64,000 nucleotides of DNA from a virus. Lineage: Duplodnaviria; Caudoviricetes. The notes beneath the pieces are model-generated. The model was not told the origin of the DNA, ran no database searches, and worked only from the letters and a program-made list of their open reading frames with translations. Location: IMG/VR virus record IMGVR_UViG_2859564202_000001, one strand, 5' to 3'. The position numbers and the translations under genes are program-made. Position 1 is the first letter of the stretch; every line of letters starts with the position of its first letter. Below, piece after piece: positions 1-9,838 of the stretch.

Positions 1-5
1 CTCCA

Positions 6-126
6 AGTGTCGGATTAGGGTAGACCCTGACACGACACTGCCCACAGCACTGTTTAGACTGTCGGACTAAGCGGTCCCCTGGCATTTCCCAACAGTGTCG
101 GGTTAAGTCTAAGACTTATTCCGACA
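6..126. promoter_or_regulatory. res-type recombination site (resolvase binding subsites)
   Basis: Inverted repeats AGTGTCG..AGGGT-AG-ACCCT..CGACACT (6-39) and TGTCGG..TAAGTCT-A-AGACTTA..CCGACA (96-126), plus another TGTCGG half site at 60, upstream of a serine resolvase. Confidence 0.6.
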
Positions 127-429
127 GTTTATTCGATAATTATGCACCTACTCCGCAATAATACACTCGGTATACTTTTACACTCAGTGTATATTGTTAG
201 GTCTTTGCTTAGAGTGGGAATTGGCACAACACGCCTTAACAATACGCCCGTATCGTTTCGCAAAAGAACGTACTTTAGTTTTGTTAATAAAACCCGCGTA
301 TGCATATGTTGACATTGACAACTATTGTTTTAAACAAGTACATAGTTTTGTGTTTTCTACTTCCCTACTGCTGTAATAATGGAAAGTAGTTTTCATCACA
401 CAACACAAAACTATTAAAGGTAGTCTTAA

Positions 430-1044
430 ATGTTTGGTAGTAGTTTTAAGGAACAAACAACTAACCCGAGAAGTCAACGAGTTTCTTATTTGCGTGTCTC
501 TAGCACCGATCAGAATCTGGCTCGACAACGTGAAGCTGTTAACCATTCCGGTCATATTGATCGTGAGTTCACAGATGAGCTTTCCGGTGGCGCCAAATCA
601 CACAGACCTGGCTTGGAAGACTGCATTAATTATCTTCGCGAGGATGATGTTCTTGTCGTCGCATCCATTGACCGACTTGCACGCTCGCTGGTTGATTTAC
701 GCGTCATCATTGACCGCATCACAGACAAAGGCGCATCGGTCATTTTTCTCAAAGAGAATTTGACTTTCGCTGCAGGCCGCGATGATCCTCGAGCAAACCT
801 CATGCTCGGTATTTTGGGCAGTTTCGCAGAATTTGAACGCTCAATTATTCGCGAGCGCCAAGCAGAAGGTATTGCCCTGGCAAAAAAGGCCGGCAAGTAT
901 GCAGGTCGCCCAAAAGCCCTCGACAAGGAACAAATACAAGAAGCAAAAGATATGATCGCTCAAGGTGAAACAAAATCTGCTGTCGCCAAGCATTTTGGTA
1001 TTAATCGCTCGACCTTGTACGAATATCTCAAAAATCCTGACTAG
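430..1044 (+). CDS. Serine recombinase (resolvase/invertase family)
   Basis: YLRVSSTDQ catalytic motif, VASIDRLAR, AEFERSIIRERQ, C-terminal HTH (KSAVAKHFGINRSTLY). Confidence 0.95.
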   Translation: MFGSSFKEQTTNPRSQRVSYLRVSSTDQNLARQREAVNHSGHIDREFTDELSGGAKSHRPGLEDCINYLREDDVLVVASIDRLARSLVDLRVIIDRITDKGASVIFLKENLTFAAGRDDPRANLMLGILGSFAEFERSIIRERQAEGIALAKKAGKYAGRPKALDKEQIQEAKDMIAQGETKSAVAKHFGINRSTLYEYLKNPD

Positions 1045-1221
1045 ATTGAGAATCAACTATGCGACAAGTCAACTTGCATACCAGTATCCGAGCACATCCA
1101 CCCCCGAAAAAATTAGGTAAAGCTTGCCTATTTAAGAAGAACTGCTATAAGATCATCCATACATGCAGAGCACAGCTTTCACACATAGACATCACTGCAC
1201 ATTTATCTAATGGGAGACTCA

Positions 1222-2217
1222 ATGACAGTTGCACACAAACGAAGTCTGACATGGATCAAGAGACTATCTGCGACTACATTTGCAGCTTTTCTTGGCATTC
1301 AGCTTGTGACCCCCGCTCACTCAATTGAAAACACGACGCAGATTCCAGAAAGCGAATTGCACAACCTCGGGCTCACAGACGAAGAAATTCAAGAATTCAA
1401 TCAATATCTCATTGACGAGTCACTCTTTCAAGAGACTGTAGAAACCTCTCCGATCGTAGTCAGCGACAATGAAGATGCAGCCCAAGATCCCGGTTTCGGC
1501 CTTTTCACCACAAATCCTGTGAAACACACAGATGAGCACATTGGCGCTCTATACTTCTCCGACCTACCAGGTATTTCCAATCTTACGTGCACTGCCAACT
1601 ACATCGGTGGAAAATTCTGGACCACAGCACATCATTGTGTTGAAGGCCGCAGTCGCTTCGTCGGCTTCATCGAGCAGTCGGACGGACAATATGCAGGCAT
1701 TGAGCATGTTTACACAAAGTCAAGTGACTACGATATTGCCCTCATTAAAGTGGGATCTGGAATTGACGCAGAACAGTTCAGCCTCACTCGATCACGCCCT
1801 GCGGTTGGAAAAATGCTGGAAGTCGTTGGGTTTGCAGTTGTGAACCCATTCTCCTCTAGAGCAACAATGGAAGTCACCAACTCAAACACAGTCGCGAACT
1901 ATCCTATGAGCAACCTGTACTACAAAGACGTATTCTCGGCTAAACCCGCAGGATCATTCCCTTATGTCATTTCCGGAGGTGATTCCGGCGCAGCTGTTTG
2001 GTCGGGTGAAACCATGTACGGCATTGCTAGTGGCTCTAACGGCAGCACTAAAAACCTAGCAGCAAATGTTGGACCGCACGTCTCTTGGATCGAACAAACG
2101 ATGCAAAACAATAGCAATTCCTCTCCCTATGAAATTTTGCAAGCGTTCCGAGGCGGCCTTGCAACGTCTTACCCCAAATATAATCAAATTAGAGACCTAG
2201 TCGACTCAAGTAGTTAA
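1222..2217 (+). CDS. Secreted trypsin-like (S1) serine protease
   Basis: Signal peptide; catalytic triad motifs TAHHC, DYDIALIK, GDSGA; GGGAGA RBS before ATG 1222. Confidence 0.85.
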   Translation: MTVAHKRSLTWIKRLSATTFAAFLGIQLVTPAHSIENTTQIPESELHNLGLTDEEIQEFNQYLIDESLFQETVETSPIVVSDNEDAAQDPGFGLFTTNPVKHTDEHIGALYFSDLPGISNLTCTANYIGGKFWTTAHHCVEGRSRFVGFIEQSDGQYAGIEHVYTKSSDYDIALIKVGSGIDAEQFSLTRSRPAVGKMLEVVGFAVVNPFSSRATMEVTNSNTVANYPMSNLYYKDVFSAKPAGSFPYVISGGDSGAAVWSGETMYGIASGSNGSTKNLAANVGPHVSWIEQTMQNNSNSSPYEILQAFRGGLATSYPKYNQIRDLVDSSS

Positions 2218-2232
2218 GAGGAAACAACAATA

Positions 2233-2610
2233 ATGTTACGAAAAGTATCCATTGCATTGGTCGCATCCGCCGCTATCTTGGTATCTGTACCTTTCGCACA
2301 GGCATCGACCTCAGTGGCACTGTCGTCAGAAAGCTCAGATTCTCTGGGAAGTATTCCAAACGATTTAATTGGGGGTCTAGCCGGTTACTTTAATAAAGAT
2401 CTTACGGAGGAACAGCGCGATGCTATTCGCTTCGGCCCCACCACAGCACAAGAAGCAGAACAGTGCTTAGCAAAATACGGACTTGGCGGTGAAGGCCCGT
2501 GGCCTACTATCGCGGTGTACCCTAACTGCTCTTTCGAGACAATTGAACAAGATTTCTATGATCAAGCGGTAGCCGAGACTCTCGCAGCAATAGGCATCGG
2601 GAGCTCTTAA
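2233..2610 (+). CDS. Small secreted protein
   Basis: Signal peptide ending AQA; GAGG RBS; two Cys; directly follows the protease gene. Confidence 0.75.
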   Translation: MLRKVSIALVASAAILVSVPFAQASTSVALSSESSDSLGSIPNDLIGGLAGYFNKDLTEEQRDAIRFGPTTAQEAEQCLAKYGLGGEGPWPTIAVYPNCSFETIEQDFYDQAVAETLAAIGIGSS

Positions 2611-2636
2611 ACAATCAAAGGTACAACCCAAAAAAC

Positions 2637-2680
2637 AAATAGGAACCCTGTACAGAGATCTCTGTACAGGGTTCCTATTT
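2637..2680. terminator. Perfect 44-bp palindrome, probably a terminator
   Basis: AAATAGGAACCCTGTACAGAGA|TCTCTGTACAGGGTTCCTATTT right after the 2610 stop. Confidence 0.7.
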
Positions 2681-2787
2681 ATTACTTACACAACACGTAG
2701 TGCCCGAAAAACACAAGACAACAGTGGATGCAGTGGTGCCAGTTGTGCGCGAGAGTCATGTTGCACAGTACTGGAAAGAACGACCCT

Positions 2788-2816
2788 AAAAACAACGACA
2801 GCAAAGCTGCGTTCGG
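2788..2816 (+). repeat. Dispersed hairpin element, copy 1
   Basis: AAAAACAACGACAGC-AAA-GCTGCGTTCGG; related copies at 3464, 7024 and 47299. Confidence 0.75.
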
Positions 2817-2883
2817 ATATATTCTCGAACTGCTGTAGTGCATACGCTACAGCCCGCTACCACCGTAAAAGCGAGAACATATC

Positions 2884-3363
2884 ATGACTGTTGATCTCTA
2901 CCAGGCACGCATTCCTTTTCAGCGCGATGGCGTGCGCTTTGATCATACGATGATCACCCACATTCAAGCCGGCCTGCATCTTGGTGGCTGCCGCGCAGCA
3001 GGTTTACTGCCTATACCAGCACATATTGATCATATTGTGCGCCTGACAGCCGCAGATTTCTATGACACCCAGTCAGCACCGCAGCTGCTCAGCAACACTG
3101 TGCTTGATGTATTGGACACCACCACTCAAGACTTGAAGGCATTGTGGCCTGTTGCAGAACATATTGCTACAACCATTCCTGAATCTGAGAACGTGCTTAT
3201 CCACTGCCAGATGGGTATCAACCGCTCAGCTGCACTCATGACACGGGTGTTGATGTTGCGCAACGATTGCACCGCCGATGAAGCAATTGCACTGCTGCGT
3301 GATCGACGCTCACCGTTTGTACTGTTCAATGAGCATTTTGTGGAACAACTTCGAGCACTGTAA
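2884..3363 (+). CDS. Dual-specificity/tyrosine protein phosphatase
   Basis: HCQMGINRS (CX5R) active-site motif. Confidence 0.9.
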   Translation: MTVDLYQARIPFQRDGVRFDHTMITHIQAGLHLGGCRAAGLLPIPAHIDHIVRLTAADFYDTQSAPQLLSNTVLDVLDTTTQDLKALWPVAEHIATTIPESENVLIHCQMGINRSAALMTRVLMLRNDCTADEAIALLRDRRSPFVLFNEHFVEQLRAL

Positions 3364-3380
3364 GCGCTCAAAGACCCATT

Positions 3381-3420
3381 ACCCCGTGAAGAGAACATTC
3401 TCTTCACGGGGTTCTTTTTT
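3381..3420 (+). terminator. Rho-independent terminator
   Basis: CCCCGTGAAGAGAA-CA-TTCTCTTCACGGGG followed by a T run. Confidence 0.8.
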
Positions 3421-3463
3421 CTTGCACGGGTGATGGTTGATGTGGGTGTCTGCGCAAGAAGAG

Positions 3464-3493
3464 AAAAAACAACGACAGCGAAGCTGCGTTCGG
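3464..3493 (+). repeat. Dispersed hairpin element, copy 2
   Basis: AAAAAACAACGACAGC-GAA-GCTGCGTTCGG. Confidence 0.75.
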
Positions 3494-3549
3494 GCGAATC
3501 GGCGATAATCACACACCACTCTTCCTGAGAGAATCCTGAGGTCATCACC

Positions 3550-4278
3550 ATGTCACCGAACTTCCAAGCTCGCGGTACTACTGCGCCCACTGTTGCTTTG
3601 TCCATGCGCCAGATCGCGCACATCCGTGAAGAAATTAAGAAATCACCACTCGCTGCTTCCGTTTTCATCACACCCACCACCAAACAAATGGTTGTCCGAG
3701 ATCTAGAATCACTGTTCCAGCAGCTCTACCACACAGATCTACCTGAACCATCCATCAAAGACAGTGGTCTTATCAGTGCTATCGGCTCTAGCGCCGGCAA
3801 TACCAATAATCCAGCACTCGCCCTAGAAACTCAGATGGCTTACCACCTGGTGCTTGCTATGCACCACACCGATGTTGCTACCTGGCACAAGGTGGTGACC
3901 AAAAACATCACCGAATCTGCTGCTGCACAAGATGCTGCGGTCGAGCACAGTGCTAAATACGATGCTGTGTACGATGCCGCACAACTTATGGGCATCACTG
4001 TTGAGGAAGGTAATGTCGGTAGCATCGCTATTGCCTTTAGCACAGCACGTGCAGACGGTAAATCTGATTGGTGTGTTTCCGGCATCAGCCGCTACATCGA
4101 GGTCACCGAAGCCTTGGATGCTGCGCGAGCTGTCACTAAAAATACTGCTGCGCTCAATAAAACTGCTCTACCAGACGTGCAGCCGGCGCCGGTTGTGCAT
4201 TCAGCACAGTTCATGAACAAGTCCGCACACGATCATGGGGTTAATACTGCGGAAAAAGATCAACCAACCCTGTTTTAA
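3550..4278 (+). CDS. Hypothetical protein
   Basis: 242-aa ORF with GAGG RBS and element-typical codon usage; no motif recognised. Confidence 0.75.
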   Translation: MSPNFQARGTTAPTVALSMRQIAHIREEIKKSPLAASVFITPTTKQMVVRDLESLFQQLYHTDLPEPSIKDSGLISAIGSSAGNTNNPALALETQMAYHLVLAMHHTDVATWHKVVTKNITESAAAQDAAVEHSAKYDAVYDAAQLMGITVEEGNVGSIAIAFSTARADGKSDWCVSGISRYIEVTEALDAARAVTKNTAALNKTALPDVQPAPVVHSAQFMNKSAHDHGVNTAEKDQPTLF

Positions 4279-4448
4279 AAGACTGTCCATTTAACAACCA
4301 CATCGTTACCCCCGAACAGTCTTTTAAAGGCTATTCAGGGGTAATTTTTTCGCCACACTCCCAATATCTACCAAAAATGGTGATCTATTATACATAATGG
4401 AATTACCAAAGCTTCATATCACTTTTCCACAGCCTGAAAGAACATACT

Positions 4449-5189
4449 ATGTCCGCAGCTTTACCTCACACAGCAGCAGATCCCGTACACACCACCCCAG
4501 CGAAACCGCTGCTCGATCATGTCTTAGATTCACTAGGACGCAGCATCATCAGTGGTGAAATGGAAGCCGGTAGCACATTCAAACTGCAAGACATCGGTGA
4601 AAAATTCGGTATCTCCCGCACCGTCGCCAGAGAAGCCATGCGTGCCTTAGAGCAACTTGGGTTGGTGGCCTCATCGAGACGAATTGGTATTACAGTGCTC
4701 TCGCACGAGCACTGGGCTGTCTTTGACAAAGCCATTATTCGCTGGCGCCTCGAAGATGAGCGTCAACGTGAACAGCAACTGCAGTCACTCACCGAACTTC
4801 GTATTGCCATTGAACCAATTGCTGCACGCAGTGTTGCCCTTCATGCATCGAGCGCAGAGATTGCTATCATCGGTGATCTTGCTGCACGAATGCGTAACCT
4901 CGGTGAAGCTGGTCGTGGCGCATCACAAGAATTCCTAGACGCAGATGTGAAATTTCATGAGCTTATTTTGCAGTATTGCCATAATGAGATGTTCGCTGCC
5001 ATGGCACCACCCATAAAAGCTGTACTAGTCGGGCGCACCACACTTGGCCTTCAACCCGATCGACCTGCCGAAGAAGTCTTGGACAATCATGATGCTCTCG
5101 CACACGCACTAAGTGTTCGTAATGCAGACCTCGCCGAAAAAGCATCCAGGAGCATTCTGAATGAGGTGCGCGACGCACTGACCTCGTAA
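4449..5189 (+). CDS. gntR2: GntR/FadR-family transcriptional regulator (gluconate regulator paralogue)
   Basis: N-terminal wHTH (FGISRTVAREAMRALEQLGLV) and FCD domain (DVKFHELI..HN); position matches gntR2 as recalled. Confidence 0.85.
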   Translation: MSAALPHTAADPVHTTPAKPLLDHVLDSLGRSIISGEMEAGSTFKLQDIGEKFGISRTVAREAMRALEQLGLVASSRRIGITVLSHEHWAVFDKAIIRWRLEDERQREQQLQSLTELRIAIEPIAARSVALHASSAEIAIIGDLAARMRNLGEAGRGASQEFLDADVKFHELILQYCHNEMFAAMAPPIKAVLVGRTTLGLQPDRPAEEVLDNHDALAHALSVRNADLAEKASRSILNEVRDALTS

Positions 5190-5221
5190 TTGCCACTAAA
5201 CGAGTCACTACACAATTACAT

Positions 5222-5357
5222 CGCTCATTGTTACTTAATTACCCTTTAATAGTCTTTTACAAGGCTGTTAAAGGGTAATTTTTTATTAGTTTGCTTAAAG
5301 CCTATTACATGACAATTACAGCACAATTGAAAAGTCACTTAAGCGCACGCTAAAAGC
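5222..5357 (+). repeat. Direct repeat copy A (terminator hairpin plus TTAA units)
   Basis: 5230-5287 is identical to 6879-6936 (58 bp); the downstream block ACAGC.CAATTGAA.AGTCACTTAA.CGCACGCTAAAAG is also shared; degenerate copy at about 4303-4349. Confidence 0.85.
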
Positions 5358-5555
5358 GAATTGTAGAGGGTTATTTTTTTCGCAATTAAAAGCCTTTTGC
5401 GACACAAATAGGACAACAAAACAAAGATGCATTAACTCTAAAAGAACAAAATTAATCAATCAGAAAAACATATTGAATACTTATAAATTTCTGACATACT
5501 CATTAATGAGATATTCGAAGTCTTTATCAAAATGATTAACAAAAGGAGTATGTTT

Positions 5556-6323
5556 ATGTCGCTAAAAACTCGCCGAATATTCGGCGCACTTGCTGTTTCG
5601 CTATCAATCTCTTTCTCAGCCATTGCTACACCTGCAGCATCCGCACAAGAACTAGTGGTGAGCACATCAGCAGTAAACGAATTTGGTGTAGTTACCAGTG
5701 ACATCACGGCTGAGCAAATTCTTCAGGCGCAAGATCTAATCGCTGAGATGAAACAGTCAGAGGACATATATGAGTATTTCGGTGCCTTGTCTGACGTTGA
5801 ACAGAGATCCATCATTGCAGCTGTAAAGGAAAATCCATATCTCATTGAGAACGAATCACCCCGTATGAGAGTCCAAAGTGAAACACCCGACGAGGAAACA
5901 CCTGATAAGAAAAAGCCGAGCAAAACCTACAAGCTCTATATGAGCATTCTCGAAATGATGTCATGTATCAATCTTGTTGATGTTCCGTCATGTGCCCAAG
6001 CCCTTAAAGCGGCAAATATAGCTGAACGCGAGGCCAAGGCCCGTTACCCCGATTCGGTCACTAATGGTAAAGGCGATGCCCTTCGTCATTGTGCATGGAG
6101 CGCTCTCATGACTATTCGAATCGGAAAAGATGCAGCCGAAAGAATTGGTAACGCTCATGAAACCGTTGTGAGAGGTGAACCCGAAGAAAGAGAAATGGAT
6201 CTCATCAATAACGCGCTGGGTAGAGACATCGGCGAAAGATTCATCATCAATGGCGATGAAACGGGTGCGCTCAGTACTTGTGTATCCATGGCTAATATCG
6301 GGCTACTTCATACTCTGTTGTAA
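5556..6323 (+). CDS. Secreted protein with DUF6973-like C-terminal domain
   Basis: Signal peptide ending ASA; GDALRHCAWSAL...AHE...EMDLINNALGR motif; AAGGAG RBS. Confidence 0.75.
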   Translation: MSLKTRRIFGALAVSLSISFSAIATPAASAQELVVSTSAVNEFGVVTSDITAEQILQAQDLIAEMKQSEDIYEYFGALSDVEQRSIIAAVKENPYLIENESPRMRVQSETPDEETPDKKKPSKTYKLYMSILEMMSCINLVDVPSCAQALKAANIAEREAKARYPDSVTNGKGDALRHCAWSALMTIRIGKDAAERIGNAHETVVRGEPEEREMDLINNALGRDIGERFIINGDETGALSTCVSMANIGLLHTLL

Positions 6324-6341
6324 ACAAAGGAAGTTTCTATC

Positions 6342-6800
6342 ATGAAAATCAAGAAATTCAGCATCACAGCGCTAGCCTCAGTTCTAATGCTCACGGGTTG
6401 CGCGACCAATCACAGCTCACCTCTGTACAGTTATCTGAATGCGTCAACATCAACCACTGTTGAACAAGTACGTCTCAGCGATCTTTACGGTGAGCAGTGG
6501 ACCGAGTTCGCTCTTGTCTGCCCCTACACCACAAAAGACGAGGTAAAAGAAGAGCTTGGTATAAAAATAAACACCTACCTCACCGATTCGACCGATGACA
6601 GTAGTAACGATATTGTGCTCAGGGATAAAGACGGTTCATATGATTGGATCTATTTCAACAGATTCGACATTGTGTACCTCTGCAACGGCTCAGCGGAAAA
6701 TCTAAAAATCTACCCCATTGATTCAGTTCTAGAATTTGAGCATAGAGACGACTACGGTACCTGGAAACTGAGCGCTATCACAGAGCCGGGTAATCAATAA
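6342..6800 (+). CDS. Lipoprotein
   Basis: Lipobox LTGC; AAGGAAG RBS. Confidence 0.8.
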   Translation: MKIKKFSITALASVLMLTGCATNHSSPLYSYLNASTSTTVEQVRLSDLYGEQWTEFALVCPYTTKDEVKEELGIKINTYLTDSTDDSSNDIVLRDKDGSYDWIYFNRFDIVYLCNGSAENLKIYPIDSVLEFEHRDDYGTWKLSAITEPGNQ

Positions 6801-6870
6801 TAACGCGGACACTTAAGTACCTTTTATCGGTCGATTAAGTGTCTACTGTTTATCCGCTACCAAACCACGC

Positions 6871-7028
6871 CGCTAATCGTTACTTAATTACCCTTTAATA
6901 GTCTTTTACAAGGCTGTTAAAGGGTAATTTTTTATTCGTTTGTTTTTGGGACCATTAAATGTCAATTACATGTCGAGTAAGTGACACTTACAGCGCAATT
7001 GAATAGTCACTTAAACGCACGCTAAAAG
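6871..7028 (+). repeat. Direct repeat copy B
   Basis: Matches 5222-5357 with about 23 bp extra (roughly two TTAA units). Confidence 0.85.
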
Positions 7029-7054
7029 ACAAATGACAGCGAAGCTGCATTCGG
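7024..7054 (+). repeat. Dispersed hairpin element, copy 3
   Basis: AAAAGACAAATGACAGC-GAA-GCTGCATTCGG. Confidence 0.7.
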
Positions 7055-7119
7055 ATACACACCTGAAGAACACTCTTCACCACTAGCATTCCACCAACGC
7101 CTCGGAAAGGGCTATCTCC

Positions 7120-7308
7120 ATGTCTGTTGACGATCTTTACGCTGTTGCTCTCGATACTCACACCGGTAAGCCTATCCCCTGCGTACTCTGTGAAAATGCT
7201 CCACAGATTGTTATCTACGATGGTTGCTGCTCGCTTGCATATACCCAAGCACTTGGCGATCTCGCCGAAGCGGAATACTACGGCGCCGATCTTGCTGCAG
7301 CTGCCTAA
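7120..7308 (+). CDS. Small Cys-rich hypothetical protein
   Basis: GAAAGGG RBS, CxxC, followed by a terminator. Confidence 0.6.
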   Translation: MSVDDLYAVALDTHTGKPIPCVLCENAPQIVIYDGCCSLAYTQALGDLAEAEYYGADLAAAA

Positions 7309-7327
7309 ACAAACTTCATAGAACGAC

Positions 7328-7380
7328 AAAAACCCCGCCTCAGAATATTGCACAACGCAATAGCTGAAGCGGGGTTTTTG
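7328..7380 (+). terminator. Terminator (A and T flanks, possibly bidirectional)
   Basis: AAAAACCCCGC...GCGGGGTTTTT. Confidence 0.7.
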
Positions 7381-7800
7381 TTTTCTGACTCAAGGTGCCA
7401 GTTTCCATAGTCAAGATTCCCAATCAACATTTAAGTATATGTGAATTATTAAAGTTATACAACTTAATTAATCAATAACTTCTCACTTCACCAACGCAAC
7501 AACCCCGCTATCAAGAGTTGCATCAAGGCAACAAATGAAGCGGGGTTGTGTTTTCTTGCAGGCTTCGTCTTAAGGAAACTAATTATTAGTATATACCAAC
7601 ACAAAACCATTAATCAACTTAGTTATTATATATCACCCTCCATATAACCCATTCTGGATTGCAGGATTACCACATACACGCCTATCGCGTTTCTCTATTT
7701 TAATTAATATAATTAATGTAGTTTATTAACCTATTATGCAATGACATTTTTTAATAATTAACCACGTCACAACATTCTCTCAGATCACAGAGGTTCGCTC

Positions 7801-8475
7801 ATGCGCCACACCACGTCAGCCACATCAACTACATCTATTATTAAGCGTGCTATGACCATTAGTGCCGCTGTTCTTATTGCCAGCGCTGTTGGTCTCACAA
7901 CCAGCGCAAGTTCGCTCAATACTCTCAGCGCTACATCACCTGAATCACCCGATCAGGCAGCCACTGTGTCACAGGCTGAATCAGATAGTGAATTAGATGA
8001 CGGCATGAAAAAGCTTGCAACCAAGATCCTTAATCGCGCTGACAACGCTGAAAATAATGATGACACCGGCAAAAACCTCAACAATGATGATAAGAAGCTC
8101 AACACGAAGCAGCCGCAGCGCCCTGCTGAAAAAGTTGCCCAGGCGATCGAGCTAAGCCTTGATACCACCACGAATGCAGAAAAGCCTGATAAAAGTTTTC
8201 ACCATGAAAAACCCGTAAACGCCTATGTCACAAGTGTCAGCTACAACAAAAGCAATGACACCTGGACTATCAAACCATCAGACAGCGCGGTGAATACACC
8301 GACCAATGATGCTGAGCGCATCAGCAATATCATCCAAGAAGCTCGCGACCTCGGTCTCAGCGACGATGAATCCTTGACGCAACAGATCGCATTTCACGCT
8401 CATGCTGCTAATTATTTAGTCACCGAATGGGTACTTCGCGGCTATCAGCTTGCTAACCCGAAGGTGCTTCCATGA
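7801..8475 (+). CDS. Secreted/membrane-anchored hypothetical protein
   Basis: Hydrophobic N-terminal segment; GAGG RBS. Confidence 0.75.
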   Translation: MRHTTSATSTTSIIKRAMTISAAVLIASAVGLTTSASSLNTLSATSPESPDQAATVSQAESDSELDDGMKKLATKILNRADNAENNDDTGKNLNNDDKKLNTKQPQRPAEKVAQAIELSLDTTTNAEKPDKSFHHEKPVNAYVTSVSYNKSNDTWTIKPSDSAVNTPTNDAERISNIIQEARDLGLSDDESLTQQIAFHAHAANYLVTEWVLRGYQLANPKVLP

Positions 8476-8891
8476 GAAAACAACGACGCATGATGATGGC
8501 TGTAGGGTGTGCCGGAATCTTGAGTACCCTCGCTGTCGGCCTCACGGCGTGTAGCAATGACGCTGCGCTATCCGATTTCTTCGAGTCGGCATCGCTTCGA
8601 GATCATCTCGCTGCGCACACACCAGGTGAATCGTCTCGTGATACCGCAACTGTGAGTGTGTCTCTACATGAGTTCTACAGCGTGCAATGGACTGACTTCG
8701 CCATTGTATGCCCAGGAATCTCGCGTGATGACATTACTGCAGCTCTTGATAGTACCGTTGTTGGTGATAATTATGATGATATTCCCGCAACAGGTTTACC
8801 CGACACAGCAAGCGCACTCGTGACCAACACCCATCCAGGAGCGTACCGGCCAGACCCGCCTCTAATGCAGAGCTCACCGCTAGACAAGTAG
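8472..8891 (+). CDS. Lipoprotein paralogous to 6342-6800, possibly 3'-truncated
   Basis: Lipobox LTAC; LHEFYSVQWTDFAIVCP vs LSDLYGEQWTEFALVCP; ATGA overlap with the upstream gene. Confidence 0.65.
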   Translation: MRKQRRMMMAVGCAGILSTLAVGLTACSNDAALSDFFESASLRDHLAAHTPGESSRDTATVSVSLHEFYSVQWTDFAIVCPGISRDDITAALDSTVVGDNYDDIPATGLPDTASALVTNTHPGAYRPDPPLMQSSPLDK

Positions 8892-9140
8892 TGCACTTTA
8901 AGCTTGCCGCGCCAACCGCCCCGTCATTCGCCCCACCAACTCTGTTCCCAATCGTAAGCAGGGATTGATGAGACAAGACAATGCCAAAACAGAGTAAAAC
9001 GATATCATTCCTATAACAATTATGGGATTTTGTACAGTAAGTCACATTTCGTGAAAATATATGCAACAGTAGAAGTCAGGCGAGATCGTTCCGCAACTTG
9101 CCAACTCCACACACACCCATTTCACTGATTGGAATGTGAC

Positions 9141-9446
9141 ATGAGGAAACTAGCTTCGATTGGTATTGCAATAGCATTATCGCTTGCAATCACTCCTACT
9201 ATTCAGGCGAATGAAATAATCACGCCTCAAGCCATGGATCGAATTGCAGTAAAGTGCAATGTCCACAAAATTTGGTCGGTTCCAAGCTTGAACAACTATG
9301 ACGGTTGGGTCGTAGTTGGTCATGCCTATTCTAAGGTTGAGGCTGAAAAAAGGGCCAATACTTTCGTCCCATTTGGTCATACTAAACGTCATTGCCTTCC
9401 GGTACCTATTGACCGCTTTCCGTTTGAAGGACTTAACCGAAGTTAA
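9141..9446 (+). CDS. Small secreted protein with two Cys
   Basis: Signal peptide MRKLASIGIAIALSLAITPTIQA. Confidence 0.7.
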   Translation: MRKLASIGIAIALSLAITPTIQANEIITPQAMDRIAVKCNVHKIWSVPSLNNYDGWVVVGHAYSKVEAEKRANTFVPFGHTKRHCLPVPIDRFPFEGLNRS

Positions 9447-9466
9447 GGTGCTAGGCGAATCAACTC

Positions 9467-9838
9467 ATGCGAAAAACTTATGTCTTTCTAACTCAATTTA
9501 TTGTAGAAAAAGGCAATGAAAGTAACGCCTACAACAGATATCGCGAACGAGTGCAGAATCTATTGGCTCTGGACGGTGTTGATGTAATTTCAGTTTCTAA
9601 AAACCTTCAGCAGGCTGAAAAAGCTTATGGATGGGAGTCGCTTTCCGACCAATATCAAATGGAGCACGACGGTAAATATCCAGAAAACCATATTCTGTGC
9701 GATGTTTACACTGTGGTCGTTCTAAATGACATAGAGAAATTTGAAGAAGCTGCTGAACTCTTGATCATGGATGACCGAGACGTGAGTGTTGATGCTTTCC
9801 CCAGTCGCGTCGACGCTTTCGAACAGGTGCTGTTTTAG
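9467..9838 (+). CDS. Hypothetical acidic protein
   Basis: 123-aa ORF 20 bp downstream of the secreted-protein gene. Confidence 0.7.
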   Translation: MRKTYVFLTQFIVEKGNESNAYNRYRERVQNLLALDGVDVISVSKNLQQAEKAYGWESLSDQYQMEHDGKYPENHILCDVYTVVVLNDIEKFEEAAELLIMDDRDVSVDAFPSRVDAFEQVLF

